A DNA stretch of 38,754 nucleotides from Octopus bimaculoides (taxonomy: Eukaryota): positions 73,301,202 through 73,339,955 of the forward strand of contig NC_068984.1 of NCBI RefSeq assembly GCF_001194135.2, written 5' to 3'. This document shows positions 11,213 to 23,400 of the stretch, piece by piece. The notes under the pieces are model-generated. The model ran no database searches, was not told the DNA's origin, and saw only the letters and a list, made by a program, of their open reading frames with translations. Made by a program: the position numbers and the translations under genes. Positions within the stretch are counted from its first letter, which is position 1. Each line of letters begins with the position of its first letter.

Positions 11213-11495
11213 ATCCATGTCATTTGTCGTATGTTGCTGCCATTTCACATTTTGGGCCATTTGTGTAGCATCCATTTCGCCTGTTTGATAATTTCTTTGT
11301 CAGTGTCCATGTTTCACAGCCATATAATAGCACCGATTCGACAGTTGCAATGATTTTGATTTGCATGGGAAATTTGGAGTTCCACACATTATTTAGTTTG
11401 TGGCAGGCTGTCCATGCTTGTGGTGTCTTCATCTTGAAGTCTGCTTCCAAACTGTTCACCCAACCACCAAAATACTTGATATCATAGGCATCCTT
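11213..11495 (-). mobile_element. RTE-clade LINE fragment (C-terminal to the RT core)
   Basis: QAWTACHKLNNVWNSK...ATVESVLLYGCETWTLTK, then KWQQHMT in a shifted frame. Confidence 0.85.
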
Positions 11496-11562
11496 TATTT
11501 TTTTGAGAGACTAGCAGGTACAATTGGTACCCTTTTTTATTGATCTAAGAATTATGAAAAAA

Positions 11563-11652
11563 AATGTTGACTTTGGTCGGGTTTGAACGAAGAACGTAAA
11601 GTGACAGAAAAATGTAGTAAGCTATTTTCTCTGACGCTGTAAAGATTTTCCA
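11563..11652 (-). mobile_element. Degenerate family-A SINE head
   Basis: The reverse complement aligns by eye to 1888-1980 (TTTACGTTCTTCGTTCAAACCCGACCAAAGTCAAC). Confidence 0.5.
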
Positions 11653-12222
11653 TTGACGTCTCTTAAGATGCTATAAGCTTCTACGCGGTCGCACAACAAG
11701 CAAGAGTTAGTAACCAAAACTGCCTGAAAATAATCAAGGTTAGAATTTTTTTTCCATAGGTCGGTTGGGCCAAACCAAAGCCGTGTGCCCCTCTGCTGCA
11801 ACACATTATTTCAGATTTCAGAATCAACAAATAGAAGACTAAAAATTAACCAGTTGAACATGTGCTTTTTTTTTACATGTATCCAGATTTCAGAACCAGA
11901 TGATTCGTAATTAACCATTTTTACAGACTTTTGTCCATCACTTAGGGTCTCATACGAATTCCAGTATCTTGTATGAAATTTAATGTCATGGTTTGGCCGA
12001 AGTGGTAGAACAGCCGAATAAATTGTTTTAAATTAATTTTAAATAGTTTCGAAAAGTTGGCTAGACAGCAATTCTTCTATGAACAACATCAAAATAAACT
12101 AAAATCATTAATCAGATAGATTTCCAAGCTGAAGGCAAACAGCCAAATCCAGAATACACTTCGTCAAGATTGTGGAAGCAAAATGTTCGAAGCATCCTCA
12201 ACGTCGTCAATGTTTAAACTAC

Positions 12223-12288
12223 CTTCTCAATCTTAAGTGTCTTCAGTGGTGTTCGTTCTGTTGCAATCATTTCAATATGTTCCACAAT
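12223..12288 (-). CDS. Candidate internal exon of an unidentified gene (IVEHIEMIATERTPLKTLKIEK)
   Basis: Acceptor gattttctcAG, 66-nt open phase 0-0 frame, donor AAG|GTagtt. No recognised homology. Confidence 0.25.
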
Positions 12289-13365
12289 CTGAGAAAATCT
12301 CGATACTTTATTATTGTAATGTTTCATACCGCAAAAATTCACAAGTTGTACGCTCTTTCGTCCCTTCCTTCTTTCTTTCTTTCTCTCACACTCTATCTCT
12401 TTCTCTCTCTTTTTCTCCCCTTCTTCACTTCTTTCTTTCTGTCTTTCTTTTTCTCCCTCCTCTCTCTTTCATCTTCTCTGGAAAACCCAACAAAGTTGAT
12501 GGCCTTTGCTTGTCCGCTTTTTAAGAAATTTATAAAAATATATGCCGAAACAGGCAATACAGAAAGTTAAAATTTAAAGATATTTAGCTATCATCATAAA
12601 AAATTAACTAAAGTAATATACAAACATTACTATATTTAATTCCATTATTTTTACATCTTTCTTTGGGTTTATCTTTCTGTCCCTCCAACGCTTCTAATTA
12701 ATGTCAGATTTATATACAGATTTCGTACATGTTGGAGAGGTTTTAACGGAAGTTATAAATTAACAGGATTTTTAGTATAATTAGGATGGTGGAGTAGAAC
12801 AAAAAATGGGATAAGGTATCAGCTACTACAAATTTTTTAATAACGTTTCTATACATTCTTCCTTCGAATAACGACAGCAAGGTACTTCTTTTGAGTTGGT
12901 CCTAAGCGTAGGAGAAATGCGGTAGAATTTGTTTAATCAACTATGTTCTTATCTCTACAAATCTTTGAACACGTATAAAACTTATAAATCAATATTTTCT
13001 GCAAAAATATACTGGATATTTCACTTATTAATTTTCGTTATTACGAGTGCTACGACTATCTATGGAACAACGAAAGTATTCATGTATAGATATCTTCTGT
13101 TTTTTTTAATATATTTCTGTTGGCATTGTTATAAGTTTCATGTGATGAGTACGTATCTTTCTGTAGCAATGACGTAATATATGTTATCATTAACAATTAT
13201 TTTTTTCTTCTTCTGAAACTACTAAAAGCTAAAGAGAAATAATAAAATAAACAAACAAAATAACTGACTGTTGCTACTTCTAGCTTTTTATCGCAATACT
13301 TAATCATGTTAACAGTGCAGTGTCCTGTCAACATAGTAATGATATATCATCTGTGGTTTTCAGTC

Positions 13366-13429
<64 letters not shown>

Positions 13430-14203
13430 NNNNNNNNNNNNNNNNNNNNNNNNNNNNNNNNNNNNNNNNNNNNNNNNNNNNNNNNNNNNNNNNNNNNNNN
13501 NNNNNNNNNNNNNNNNNNNNNNNNNNNNNNNNNNNNNNNNNNNNNNNNNNNNNNNNNNNNNNNNNNNNNNNNNNNNNNNNNNNNNNNNNNNNNNNNNNNN
13601 NNNNNNNNNNNNNNNNNNNNNNNNNNNNNNNNNNNNNNNNNNNNNNNNNNNNNNNNNNNNNNNNNNNNNNNNNNNNNNNNNNNNNNNNNNNNNNNNNNNN
13701 NNNNNNNNNNNNNNNNNNNNNNNNNNNNNNNNNNNNNNNNNNNNNNNNNNNNNNNNNNNNNNNNNNNNNNNNNNNNNNNNNNNNNNNNNNNNNNNNNNNN
13801 NNNNNNNNNNNNNNNNNNNNNNNNNNNNNNNNNNNNNNNNNNNNNNNNNNNNNNNNNNNNNNNNNNNNNNNNNNNNNNNNNNNNNNNNNNNNNNNNNNNN
13901 NNNNNNNNNNNNNNNNNNNNNNNNNNNNNNNNNNNNNNNNNNNNNNNNNNNNNNNNNNNNNNNNNNNNNNNNNNNNNNNNNNNNNNNNNNNNNNNNNNNN
14001 NNNNNNNNNNNNNNNNNNNNNNNNNNNNNNNNNNNNNNNNNNNNNNNNNNNNNNNNNNNNNNNNNNNNNNNNNNNNNNNNNNNNNNNNNNNNNNNNNNNN
14101 NNNNNNNNNNNNNNNNNNNNNNNNNNNNNNNNNNNNNNNNNNNNNNNNNNNNNNNNNNNNNNNNNNNNNNNNNNNNNNNNNNNNNNNNNNNNNNNNNNNN
14201 NNN
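13430..14203. other. Assembly gap
   Basis: N run. Confidence 1.
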
Positions 14204-14226
14204 AACACAAAGAGTATCGCGGTACA

Positions 14227-14274
<48 letters not shown>

Positions 14275-15339
14275 GTGTGTGTGTGTGTGTGTGTGAGAGT
14301 AGATACGCATATAATCTTCGGAGTATACAGACGTGAAGTTCAAACAGTAATTACTATTAGGGGTGAGAGTTATTTAGGGTTATGACAGCTCCTGGCTTAT
14401 ATCAAAATGTTAGAATTTTATTTTTTACATATTTACACTTTTCATATTCAACATCTTACAGATTGCATTCACACTTCTTGGGTCAAATAATCAGATTGTA
14501 GACTAGTGACGCGTCAGATGAAACTAGTAAATTCTATTCCTAAACATATTCAATTTTAAATAATCCTATTTGTTGTGTTTGTTTTTTATTGTAGCAACTT
14601 AATTATTATATCCATGCATATGAATATATTTATATATAAATATATGATGAGCATGTAAATACACATATATAAATGTATTTATTATGCGCGTGTATATACA
14701 TATATGTGTGTGTGTGTGTGTGTTTATACATATACATATATATATATGTGTATGTATATATGTGTGTGTATACATATATATATATAGACACACACGCATA
14801 TACATACAGAGACAGAGCGAGACAGAGAAAACGATCGTAGTCTTCGCATCTAATTTGCACGATACCTAGCAGCGTGTTTCAGTTAATCATGTCTTACTGG
14901 TCCATGTTATGAAAATCCAATCATTAAAACCCGATTAGATACTTCCTTTATTAGTTTTTCTAGTTATTGCAAGGAATTCTGATTGGGTAAAACTCATTAG
15001 CAATGTTATGTATTGAAAAGTTCGTTAGTCAAGGAATGAAGCATTCTATATAATTCAATTATAATCGATACTCACTTCCGATTAATATTGACTCATATAA
15101 CATTGATAACAAAACCGATCAAATTTTATGTTTATAGTTTTTCAGTGTTTGTTGATTTGTTCTCTTGGCAAACTTATAATTATTATTCTGTGTATCTTGA
15201 TAATCGCCAACATCGTTAATAATTGTTGTAACGTTAATCATAATAGACTTTTGACTCTTCCTCGTTTTAACCTTAAGCTATGAACAGAGTCAGAATAGTA
15301 ATAGTAAGTTGCTTGGAAGTGAACATTTTAATCACATAC

Positions 15340-15434
15340 TCCACAAATTCGCTGTCTGACCCCAGTTCGAACATTTACCAACCAACCAATTCTATCTGAA
15401 AGTGTTGAGGTCAGCTTGAGAATTGCAATATTTA
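15340..15434 (-). CDS. Candidate exon or RT remnant (NIAILKLTSTLSDRIGWLVNVRTGVRQRICG)
   Basis: Acceptor aattttctgcAG, donor GA|GTatgt, open frame. VRTGVRQ also resembles the RTE RT motif TGVRQG, so the origin is ambiguous. Confidence 0.2.
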
Positions 15435-15885
15435 CTGCAGAAAATTACTTTTCAAAGTCGCTATTGAAATATATTTGAAGAAATAAGTTCACATTTGATT
15501 TCTCTATATTTAGATAACAGCATACACTTTTAAATATATTCACTAAATATGTCTGGTGTGATTCTCAATAACCGTACCTTATAAAACTTAGCATGTCTTT
15601 CTAAGAAACTCATATAATTCACATAGCTGTATGATTTGGACTCAGAGGTTCACTCGATTTTTGATATGGTAGTATGACAACATAAGATGAAAGTAGAAAA
15701 GTAAACAAATTTTCGAAGTTAACCTTCATATACAAAATGTACCATGAAACGTTTCCATTGTAGAATGGCGTTTTTTATATTAGATACTCTAAGAAGGCGG
15801 GAAAGGCTCGTTATATTTTCTATCTTTTCCCAAAGAATGCCATGAAAATAGCTCCATATGATTCAGTTTTATTATTACTCTATTA

Positions 15886-16291
15886 CTCTTTTATTTGTTT
15901 CAGTCATTTTCACTGTGGCTATGCTGGAGCACCGCCTTTAGTCGAGTAAATCGACTCCAGGACTTATTCTTTAAAGCCTAGTACTTATTCTATCGCTCTC
16001 TTTTGCCGAACCGCTAGGTTACGGGGACGTAAACACACCAGAATCGGTTGACAAGCGACGTTGAGAGGACAAACACAGACACAGAAACATATACACACAC
16101 ATACATATATATATATACATATATACGACGGGCTTCTTTCAGTTTCAGTCTACTAAATCCACTCACAAGGCTTTGGTCAGCCCGAGGCTATAGTAGAGGA
16201 CACTTGCCCAAGGTGCCACGCAGTGGGACTGAACCCAGAACTATGTGGTTGGTAAGCAAGCTACTTACCACACAGCCACTCCTACGCCTAT
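15886..16291 (-). mobile_element. Full-length tRNA-derived SINE, family B (CORE-like) with an internal (TA/CA)n tract
   Basis: Head has A-box-like TGGCTGTGTGG and B-box GGGTTCAGTCCC. CACCTTGGGCAAGTG is CORE-like. An internal microsatellite is followed by a tail ending ...TGACTGAAACAAATAAAAGAG. Partial copies are at 17869, 19297, 37335, 38184 and 38640. Confidence 0.85.
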
Positions 16292-16549
16292 TGTTCATTT
16301 TCAGTCTCTGTCAGTTAGATATCATACGAAATAAAATTGATATGATTACAGATCATATAATTCCGAGAACTTACCATTTCCCTATCTATTTAGCACATAT
16401 TGTAAAAGACAAACGATAGGATACTCCAGAAAAGGATAGTCAGAGATATTTTGGTTAAGGTAAAACGGTAGCAATTTCTGAAAGGTAAAAGCAAATATAG
16501 ATAATGTAATGAGAAATCTATTTACTCTTTTTATTATCAGTAAATTCAC

Positions 16550-16628
16550 ATCGTTCGGAAATGGCTGCTTTGACTTGTTTGTGACACATTTCTCGCAAAT
16601 AAACGCTGTCAGTTTCTCACCAGCGTAC
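16550..16628 (-). CDS. Candidate exon of an unidentified gene (YAGEKLTAFICEKCVTNKSKQPFPND)
   Basis: Upstream polypyrimidine tract with AG, donor GAT|GTgaat, open 79-nt frame, locally higher GC. Confidence 0.2.
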
Positions 16629-17181
16629 CTAATTAGTGTCTTGAAAGGTAAAAAAAGTGTTTTCTGATTTTTCTGCCAAAATATAAAGACATTGTGAGCT
16701 ATGTCAACCGTCTCATACAATATTCATGAGTAACTTCTATAATACAAGTTCAATAAGGTGTTAAATCGTGTTAATATGAATCTAAGAATATATTATAATA
16801 CAATCGCAATTTAACTTCAAAATGTTTTGATATACAAAGTGTTTTATTAGACGTAAGTATAAAATTTGAAATGCAGCCTTGATAAATCATATATAAATTA
16901 GTCAAGCATTATAAACTGTGTCTTTGTCGTTGTTCAGTATAGTTGTTTACTTCACTAACTTAAAGTCCACTCGGGTATATCAGAAATTTCTTCACCAAGA
17001 CTAGTTCAGTAATATTGAGTTATTCTAACAACACAAAAGCTTATAGGGAATTTCGATATACCAAATCTTTCGGAATGAACTTGTAAAGAAGTCCGTCATG
17101 TACATATATATATATATACATATAAGGAGGAAAACAGTTAGTTTCAAATCCCTGAGGGAGAATTAAGTAGTAACATTACTA

Positions 17182-17766
17182 CAGATTAAAACCCATTTGC
17201 CCACGGAAATTGGCAGTCCTGATTAGGACGATATTACTACCTTTTTTAACCGCAGGAAAGCATCTTTTCCAGCTGCTTAACGGCACACAACTGTGTCCTT
17301 ATACCTCGATCAAGGGAGCTAATGTCCTCACTCAGCCTTAAGCGGCACCTGCAGACCATGGTTTCTGGGTTATTTCTCCTCATCATCAATTTACGTTGGC
17401 AACTAGATTTTACTCTGAAGTACTGTTACTACTTACTTCTTTCTCAGAGATTTAAAACTAACTGTTTTTCTCTTTACGAGATCAGTGGCTGTGTGTCACT
17501 TTAAAAGTATATAATTTGAACAAGGCCTTGGGCTGCCATCTCTAGCCAACTGTTATCCTGTACCTACGAAGGGGAAATAACCCAGAAACCATGGTCCAAA
17601 GGTACAGATTAAGGCTCAGTGGGAGATATTAGCTCCTTTGTTCGAGTTATAATGACACAGTTGGGCATCGGTAGCGAGCTGGAAAAGATGTTTTCCTGCG
17701 GCTAAAAAGGGTAGTAAAATGGTGCTATCAGGACTACCGATTTACGTTGGTAAATAGATTTTACTA
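17182..17766. mobile_element. Non-autonomous Tc1/mariner-superfamily element with about 200-bp imperfect TIRs
   Basis: The arms 17182-17380 and 17570-17766 are reverse complements, including a perfect 22-mer (17354-17375 / 17575-17596). TA flanks both ends. Ends read CAGATTAAAA and TAGTAAAA (a decayed CAGT). Confidence 0.8.
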
Positions 17767-17822
17767 TATGTGCGCGTGTGTGTGTGTGTCTGTATGTATT
17801 TATGTGTATACATACATTCGTG

Positions 17823-17868
<46 letters not shown>

Positions 17869-17872
<4 letters not shown>

Positions 17873-18030
17873 CGCAGGCATGGCTGTGGTAAGAAGCTTG
17901 TTTCCCAAAGCGATAGTTCCGGGTTCAATCCCACTGCGAGGCACCTTGGGCAAGTGTCTCTACTATAGCGTCGGGCCGACCAAAGCCCTGTGAGTGGATT
18001 TCATAGAAGGAAACTGAAGGAAGCCCGTCA
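17869..18030 (+). mobile_element. Family-B SINE, 5' half
   Basis: Colinear with the reverse complement of 16125-16291. It stops at the internal (TA)n. Confidence 0.85.
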
Positions 18031-18492
18031 TATATATATATATATAAAAGAGACCACTAAGTGAACTGCTAATGTGCTAGAAGAAAATCACTTCAAAATT
18101 CTCAAAGAAAATTCAGCGGAGCAAAAACAGGCGGGTGAGACTATTGAAAATTATAAATACCTAGGTTATCTGTAGACCATGGTTTCTAAATCAACACTTT
18201 CTTAACGAAAGTATGTTTTTCCTCAGTACAGACTGCCATAACGATTATAATCCAACAGAACCTCGTGCTAGTTGTCTCCAACAAATGAAAACATGTGCAC
18301 GGGATTCTATTAATTATAAAGAGTAAAATTCAAAAGTCCTAGTTTTGGCGCACTAAATCCGGAAATATCTCTGCAGAAAATAATTTCTGCGTTGAATTTA
18401 CCAACTTTTCAGTCCACTTAGTGGTCTCTTTTATATACACTTGTACTATAATCCTTTTGAGATCTGAGAAATTTTTTTCTGATTCTTTTAAT

Positions 18493-18907
18493 NNNNNNNN
18501 NNNNNNNNNNNNNNNNNNNNNNNNNNNNNNNNNNNNNNNNNNNNNNNNNNNNNNNNNNNNNNNNNNNNNNNNNNNNNNNNNNNNNNNNNNNNNNNNNNNN
18601 NNNNNNNNNNNNNNNNNNNNNNNNNNNNNNNNNNNNNNNNNNNNNNNNNNNNNNNNNNNNNNNNNNNNNNNNNNNNNNNNNNNNNNNNNNNNNNNNNNNN
18701 NNNNNNNNNNNNNNNNNNNNNNNNNNNNNNNNNNNNNNNNNNNNNNNNNNNNNNNNNNNNNNNNNNNNNNNNNNNNNNNNNNNNNNNNNNNNNNNNNNNN
18801 NNNNNNNNNNNNNNNNNNNNNNNNNNNNNNNNNNNNNNNNNNNNNNNNNNNNNNNNNNNNNNNNNNNNNNNNNNNNNNNNNNNNNNNNNNNNNNNNNNNN
18901 NNNNNNN
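18493..18907. other. Assembly gap
   Basis: N run. Confidence 1.
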
Positions 18908-18982
<75 letters not shown>

Positions 18983-19296
18983 TAAATATATATTTAACAC
19001 TATTTACAGCGTTGGCTAGGTAACACCCAGATATTAGAGATATCCATTTCCCAGTTGATGAAGGGAAGACATGTTTCATATTCTTCTTTTCTGTGATTCT
19101 TTTATAGCCGAGGGTTCCATTATTCTGATTTCACTTCATTCTCGTCAATTTGAATTTGCTGAGGGCTTCTTGGTCTATGGCGGTTTCGTTCTTTGTATTA
19201 TTACATTCGTTAATATTGATTTCATATTTTGGCACAAGGCCAGCAAGTCCGAGGTAAACGGTAAGTCTATTACATCGTTCATTATATAAGTCTAGC

Positions 19297-19395
19297 ACAG
19301 TTTCAGTACCATTGCGTGACACCTTTTACAAGTGTCTTCTGCTAGAGACGAGGGCCGGTCAAGCAGCTGTGAGTTGATTTGAAGGACGCCCGTTG
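19297..19395 (+). mobile_element. Degenerate family-B SINE 5' fragment
   Basis: GTTTCAGTACCATTGCGTGACACC...CAAGTGTCTTCTGCTAGAG...GGACGCCCGTTG aligns to the SINE head and core, with an internal deletion. Confidence 0.7.
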
Positions 19396-19416
19396 TATAT
19401 ATATATATATATATAT

Positions 19417-20415
19417 NNNNNNNNNNNNNNNNNNNNNNNNNNNNNNNNNNNNNNNNNNNNNNNNNNNNNNNNNNNNNNNNNNNNNNNNNNNNNNNNNNNN
19501 NNNNNNNNNNNNNNNNNNNNNNNNNNNNNNNNNNNNNNNNNNNNNNNNNNNNNNNNNNNNNNNNNNNNNNNNNNNNNNNNNNNNNNNNNNNNNNNNNNNN
19601 NNNNNNNNNNNNNNNNNNNNNNNNNNNNNNNNNNNNNNNNNNNNNNNNNNNNNNNNNNNNNNNNNNNNNNNNNNNNNNNNNNNNNNNNNNNNNNNNNNNN
19701 NNNNNNNNNNNNNNNNNNNNNNNNNNNNNNNNNNNNNNNNNNNNNNNNNNNNNNNNNNNNNNNNNNNNNNNNNNNNNNNNNNNNNNNNNNNNNNNNNNNN
19801 NNNNNNNNNNNNNNNNNNNNNNNNNNNNNNNNNNNNNNNNNNNNNNNNNNNNNNNNNNNNNNNNNNNNNNNNNNNNNNNNNNNNNNNNNNNNNNNNNNNN
19901 NNNNNNNNNNNNNNNNNNNNNNNNNNNNNNNNNNNNNNNNNNNNNNNNNNNNNNNNNNNNNNNNNNNNNNNNNNNNNNNNNNNNNNNNNNNNNNNNNNNN
20001 NNNNNNNNNNNNNNNNNNNNNNNNNNNNNNNNNNNNNNNNNNNNNNNNNNNNNNNNNNNNNNNNNNNNNNNNNNNNNNNNNNNNNNNNNNNNNNNNNNNN
20101 NNNNNNNNNNNNNNNNNNNNNNNNNNNNNNNNNNNNNNNNNNNNNNNNNNNNNNNNNNNNNNNNNNNNNNNNNNNNNNNNNNNNNNNNNNNNNNNNNNNN
20201 NNNNNNNNNNNNNNNNNNNNNNNNNNNNNNNNNNNNNNNNNNNNNNNNNNNNNNNNNNNNNNNNNNNNNNNNNNNNNNNNNNNNNNNNNNNNNNNNNNNN
20301 NNNNNNNNNNNNNNNNNNNNNNNNNNNNNNNNNNNNNNNNNNNNNNNNNNNNNNNNNNNNNNNNNNNNNNNNNNNNNNNNNNNNNNNNNNNNNNNNNNNN
20401 NNNNNNNNNNNNNNN
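19417..20415. other. Assembly gap (probably hides the Helitron 3' end)
   Basis: N run. The Helitron helicase frame enters it at 20416. Confidence 1.
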
Positions 20416-23400
20416 GAAAACATTTTCACCTCTCCCGCACTCTGTAACAATGGTGGCCTCAATCAAGTGGGGCATCAGGGACTTAACTACTAAGCGGGTC
20501 CCGTTGCACTGTTTAGGCGGAAGCAAGTTTCTGATTAGTATAATTGGGCATCCAACCCTTAGCCTAAGAATGTGAGGTGGAAGCCCTGCTGGCTCCAATG
20601 AGTTGAGAAACTCGATAGGGTAACTGACAATGTCTTGGGGGTCAGAGGTCCGGTCAATCGATTTGTAGATGCGCTCCTCACCCGGAATTCGGCTTATGAG
20701 CTGGTTGTTGATAGCACTGACAGCTACTTGCCGTAGGCTTTTGGGTGAGTTTAGCAAAGCCCCTTCAGCCAAAGTAGAATCCCATTGTGAGTCATCCTCC
20801 AAAAGCCCACGCTGAAAGCAGGCTTCCTGAAATGTGTCATAACAAACATTGTCAACAGTTCTGATATCGCGGAAGCTTTCTGGACGAACAACTTCATGAA
20901 GAAGGAGTCGCAAGTAAAAACACTCCTGCTGGCTTGGGTGCACCGTGTATACCCTCCCGAGGCAATCCGAAAACTTAATGCCTGGATGCCCATCTACATC
21001 AACCCCCGACTGTCTCCGTGTCCAAACGTTTTTATCCCACACAAAGTAGGATTGCAGTTGCGGAGAAATAAGACGCTTTGCAAATGTGTCAATTTGACAC
21101 AACTTAAAGAAACCAGTAAGAGTTGTCTCCTTTGTCAGGGCAGCCAATTGGGCAGCATTGTGCTCAGAAAAGTATACACGCTGACCATTCTCCAAATGAA
21201 CAGTCAGATGCATGATTGCTGGATGCCTTTGGTGGAGTGGGAAACTGAAAATACGCCAAAAAGCCTCATTGCTGCTGATGTACCGCCCCGACAGGTACTC
21301 AGAAACTTCATCTCTTCCACTGGCACTTTGAAAGCCAAATACGGCGGCATCGGAGCCATTGTTAATGTACTTACAAATGTACTTTATTGCTTTAACAGAA
21401 CTGCAAAATTCAACATTTATATGGGCGTTAAAAATCTTCAAGAGAAGCGGGCAGTAAGGGACAACCCACCGATTGTCGACTTTACCTCCCTTTACTGTTG
21501 TGGTGAAGCCACTGTTCTCAGGCCGTCTCCGTCTGTACAGGGGGTACCCGTCTCCATTAGTCCGTGTCTCATCAACAAATTGCTTAGGGATGACCCGTTC
21601 TGTAGGCACGCATGATGGCCATCAACACCCATCCCACACGGACCATGAATCATGTTCATGCTGACAATGTCATATAACTCATGGTCGATGACAGGGTTAG
21701 GAATCTCAGCTGAGATAATTGCATCAACATCATTAGAGTTGATTTTCGTCGCTAGCCAAATCAGAATGTGAGCATGTGGATTTCCTCTCTTCTGGCATTC
21801 CACAGTGTACATGTCGCACTTGACTGGCCCCAAAATCTGCCCCTTTTTGATTAATGACATCAACTTGGCCAACTTTAGCTGGAACACTCGAGCAAGTAGT
21901 TCATGTCTTTGAGCAGGTTGTTGCCCAGGGTAAAATTCACAAGTTATTTCCACCCACTTTGGGTTGCACGTGAACGTAATAAACAGGTCCTGACGACCAT
22001 AATTTCGGACGTACGTCATTGCGTCCTGGGTTCGTTCGTGCATGTACCTGGGTCCCCCCGTGTAGCTGGAGGGTAATATGCAGGTCTTTCCCAGGCTTCG
22101 GGGATCAGCATAATTCTGGATCCCATCTCGTAGACGGATGTAGCTGCACTGCGCAGCTCTTTCTGGTGTGTTTTTATAAAACACAGACGCTCGGATTCAA
22201 CCTTGGCAGCCATGTCCACAGCAAACTGAGGAAGTAGGTCTCGCGACCGATGCAAGTGATTGAAGCTGTTCACCCGCAACATAAATCTGTAGGCATAATA
22301 TGCCCTTGACGACACTGTTTTGGCCAATGTCACAGAGGGGTCGTTGGGTTCACGATGTTGAATGCCGAAATGGTAACCATCCTCCCCGCAAGTGAACAAA
22401 AGGGGTATTGTAGACTGTCGTAAGAGCGGTGAGTTTCACTAATCCTACGAAGGCCGCCGCCACGGCATGAGATAACTATATCTCTGGGGTTGTGTTGGTC
22501 CCCATGAAGAACGACTGCCACCTCATTGCATGCGGGAGCATTGAAGCAGCGAGCATGCCCCCAGATGGCCTCTTGTCAGCGTCAATGATGACATTGTAGT
22601 TGGGACAGGGTGCGTTCTCCAACGCGCATTTGAAGCTGAGGATGTAACTGTTGTGCTCGTGCAGTATTGTTTGTAGGCCAAGTAAGATGTCTCTGTCGAA
22701 AGTTTCAGCCTCTGTGTTGTCTCCATTCGCCTGGAAATTGGCTACTCGTGCTGTGGCCTGTTGATTGTAGTCAGGGATGAAATAAAGCTGCAAAAACGCC
22801 GGTGAACTATTGTTAGGGGGCTGGAGTGACCCAATGAGGTGGTAAACCTGCCCCTGGACCTTAAAAGTTGGCATCCACCTTTCCTCTCGGACAACTTTAG
22901 CCCCAAAGGAGGTCATCTGGAAAGCGCAATTGTATGTCCTGATAAGTTGAAGAAATCTGGATGACTTTGGCGCAGACCCTGCCAGCAGGTCCTTCAAAAG
23001 CTGTGGAGGGTTTTCAAGTGGTGGCAGCTGCACTTTGCCATTTGAGCAGCACATCCCAGGTGGTTCGGCTGACCATTTCTTAGCATTGCAGTGCTTACAG
23101 GTGGAGCACATACCCTCAATCTCGATTTCAGAACGGGAGGAGTAGCTTATCGTCGGTTCATAGTTGAAAGCCTTCATGAGCCAATTGGAACTTTTGGGGC
23201 TTGTAATGCCGCGAGCAGCCTCTCGCCGATGACTATTCCTCTGTAGCCTACCATATCTCTGTAGAGGAGTTTCAGCAGATCGCGTAGTAATAATGGCAGC
23301 AGTGTTTTGCGAATTTCGGACTGCTCGTTGTTCCGCAGTCTCGGAGGCTCTTGAATTGGCAGTGGCAGCAGCATTCTTAGAATTGCGTGTTGCCCGTTGT

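Noticed and set aside
7481-14385. Long ORFs full of X (also at 18.3-20.6 kb, 28.8 kb and 37.4-38.3 kb)
   Set aside because: They are open only because N runs and dinucleotide repeats contain no stops.
19000-19295. Minus-strand pieces with YLGV and LAGL resembling an RT C-terminus
   Set aside because: Too many stops and too little motif to assign.
19342-19395. CTAG plus a GC-rich segment beyond the gap, in frame with the Helitron ORF, looking like a Helitron 3' end
   Set aside because: It aligns to the family-B SINE core on the plus strand, lacks the CTAG|T junction and has no properly spaced hairpin. The 755-aa ORF is stitched across about 1 kb of Ns.
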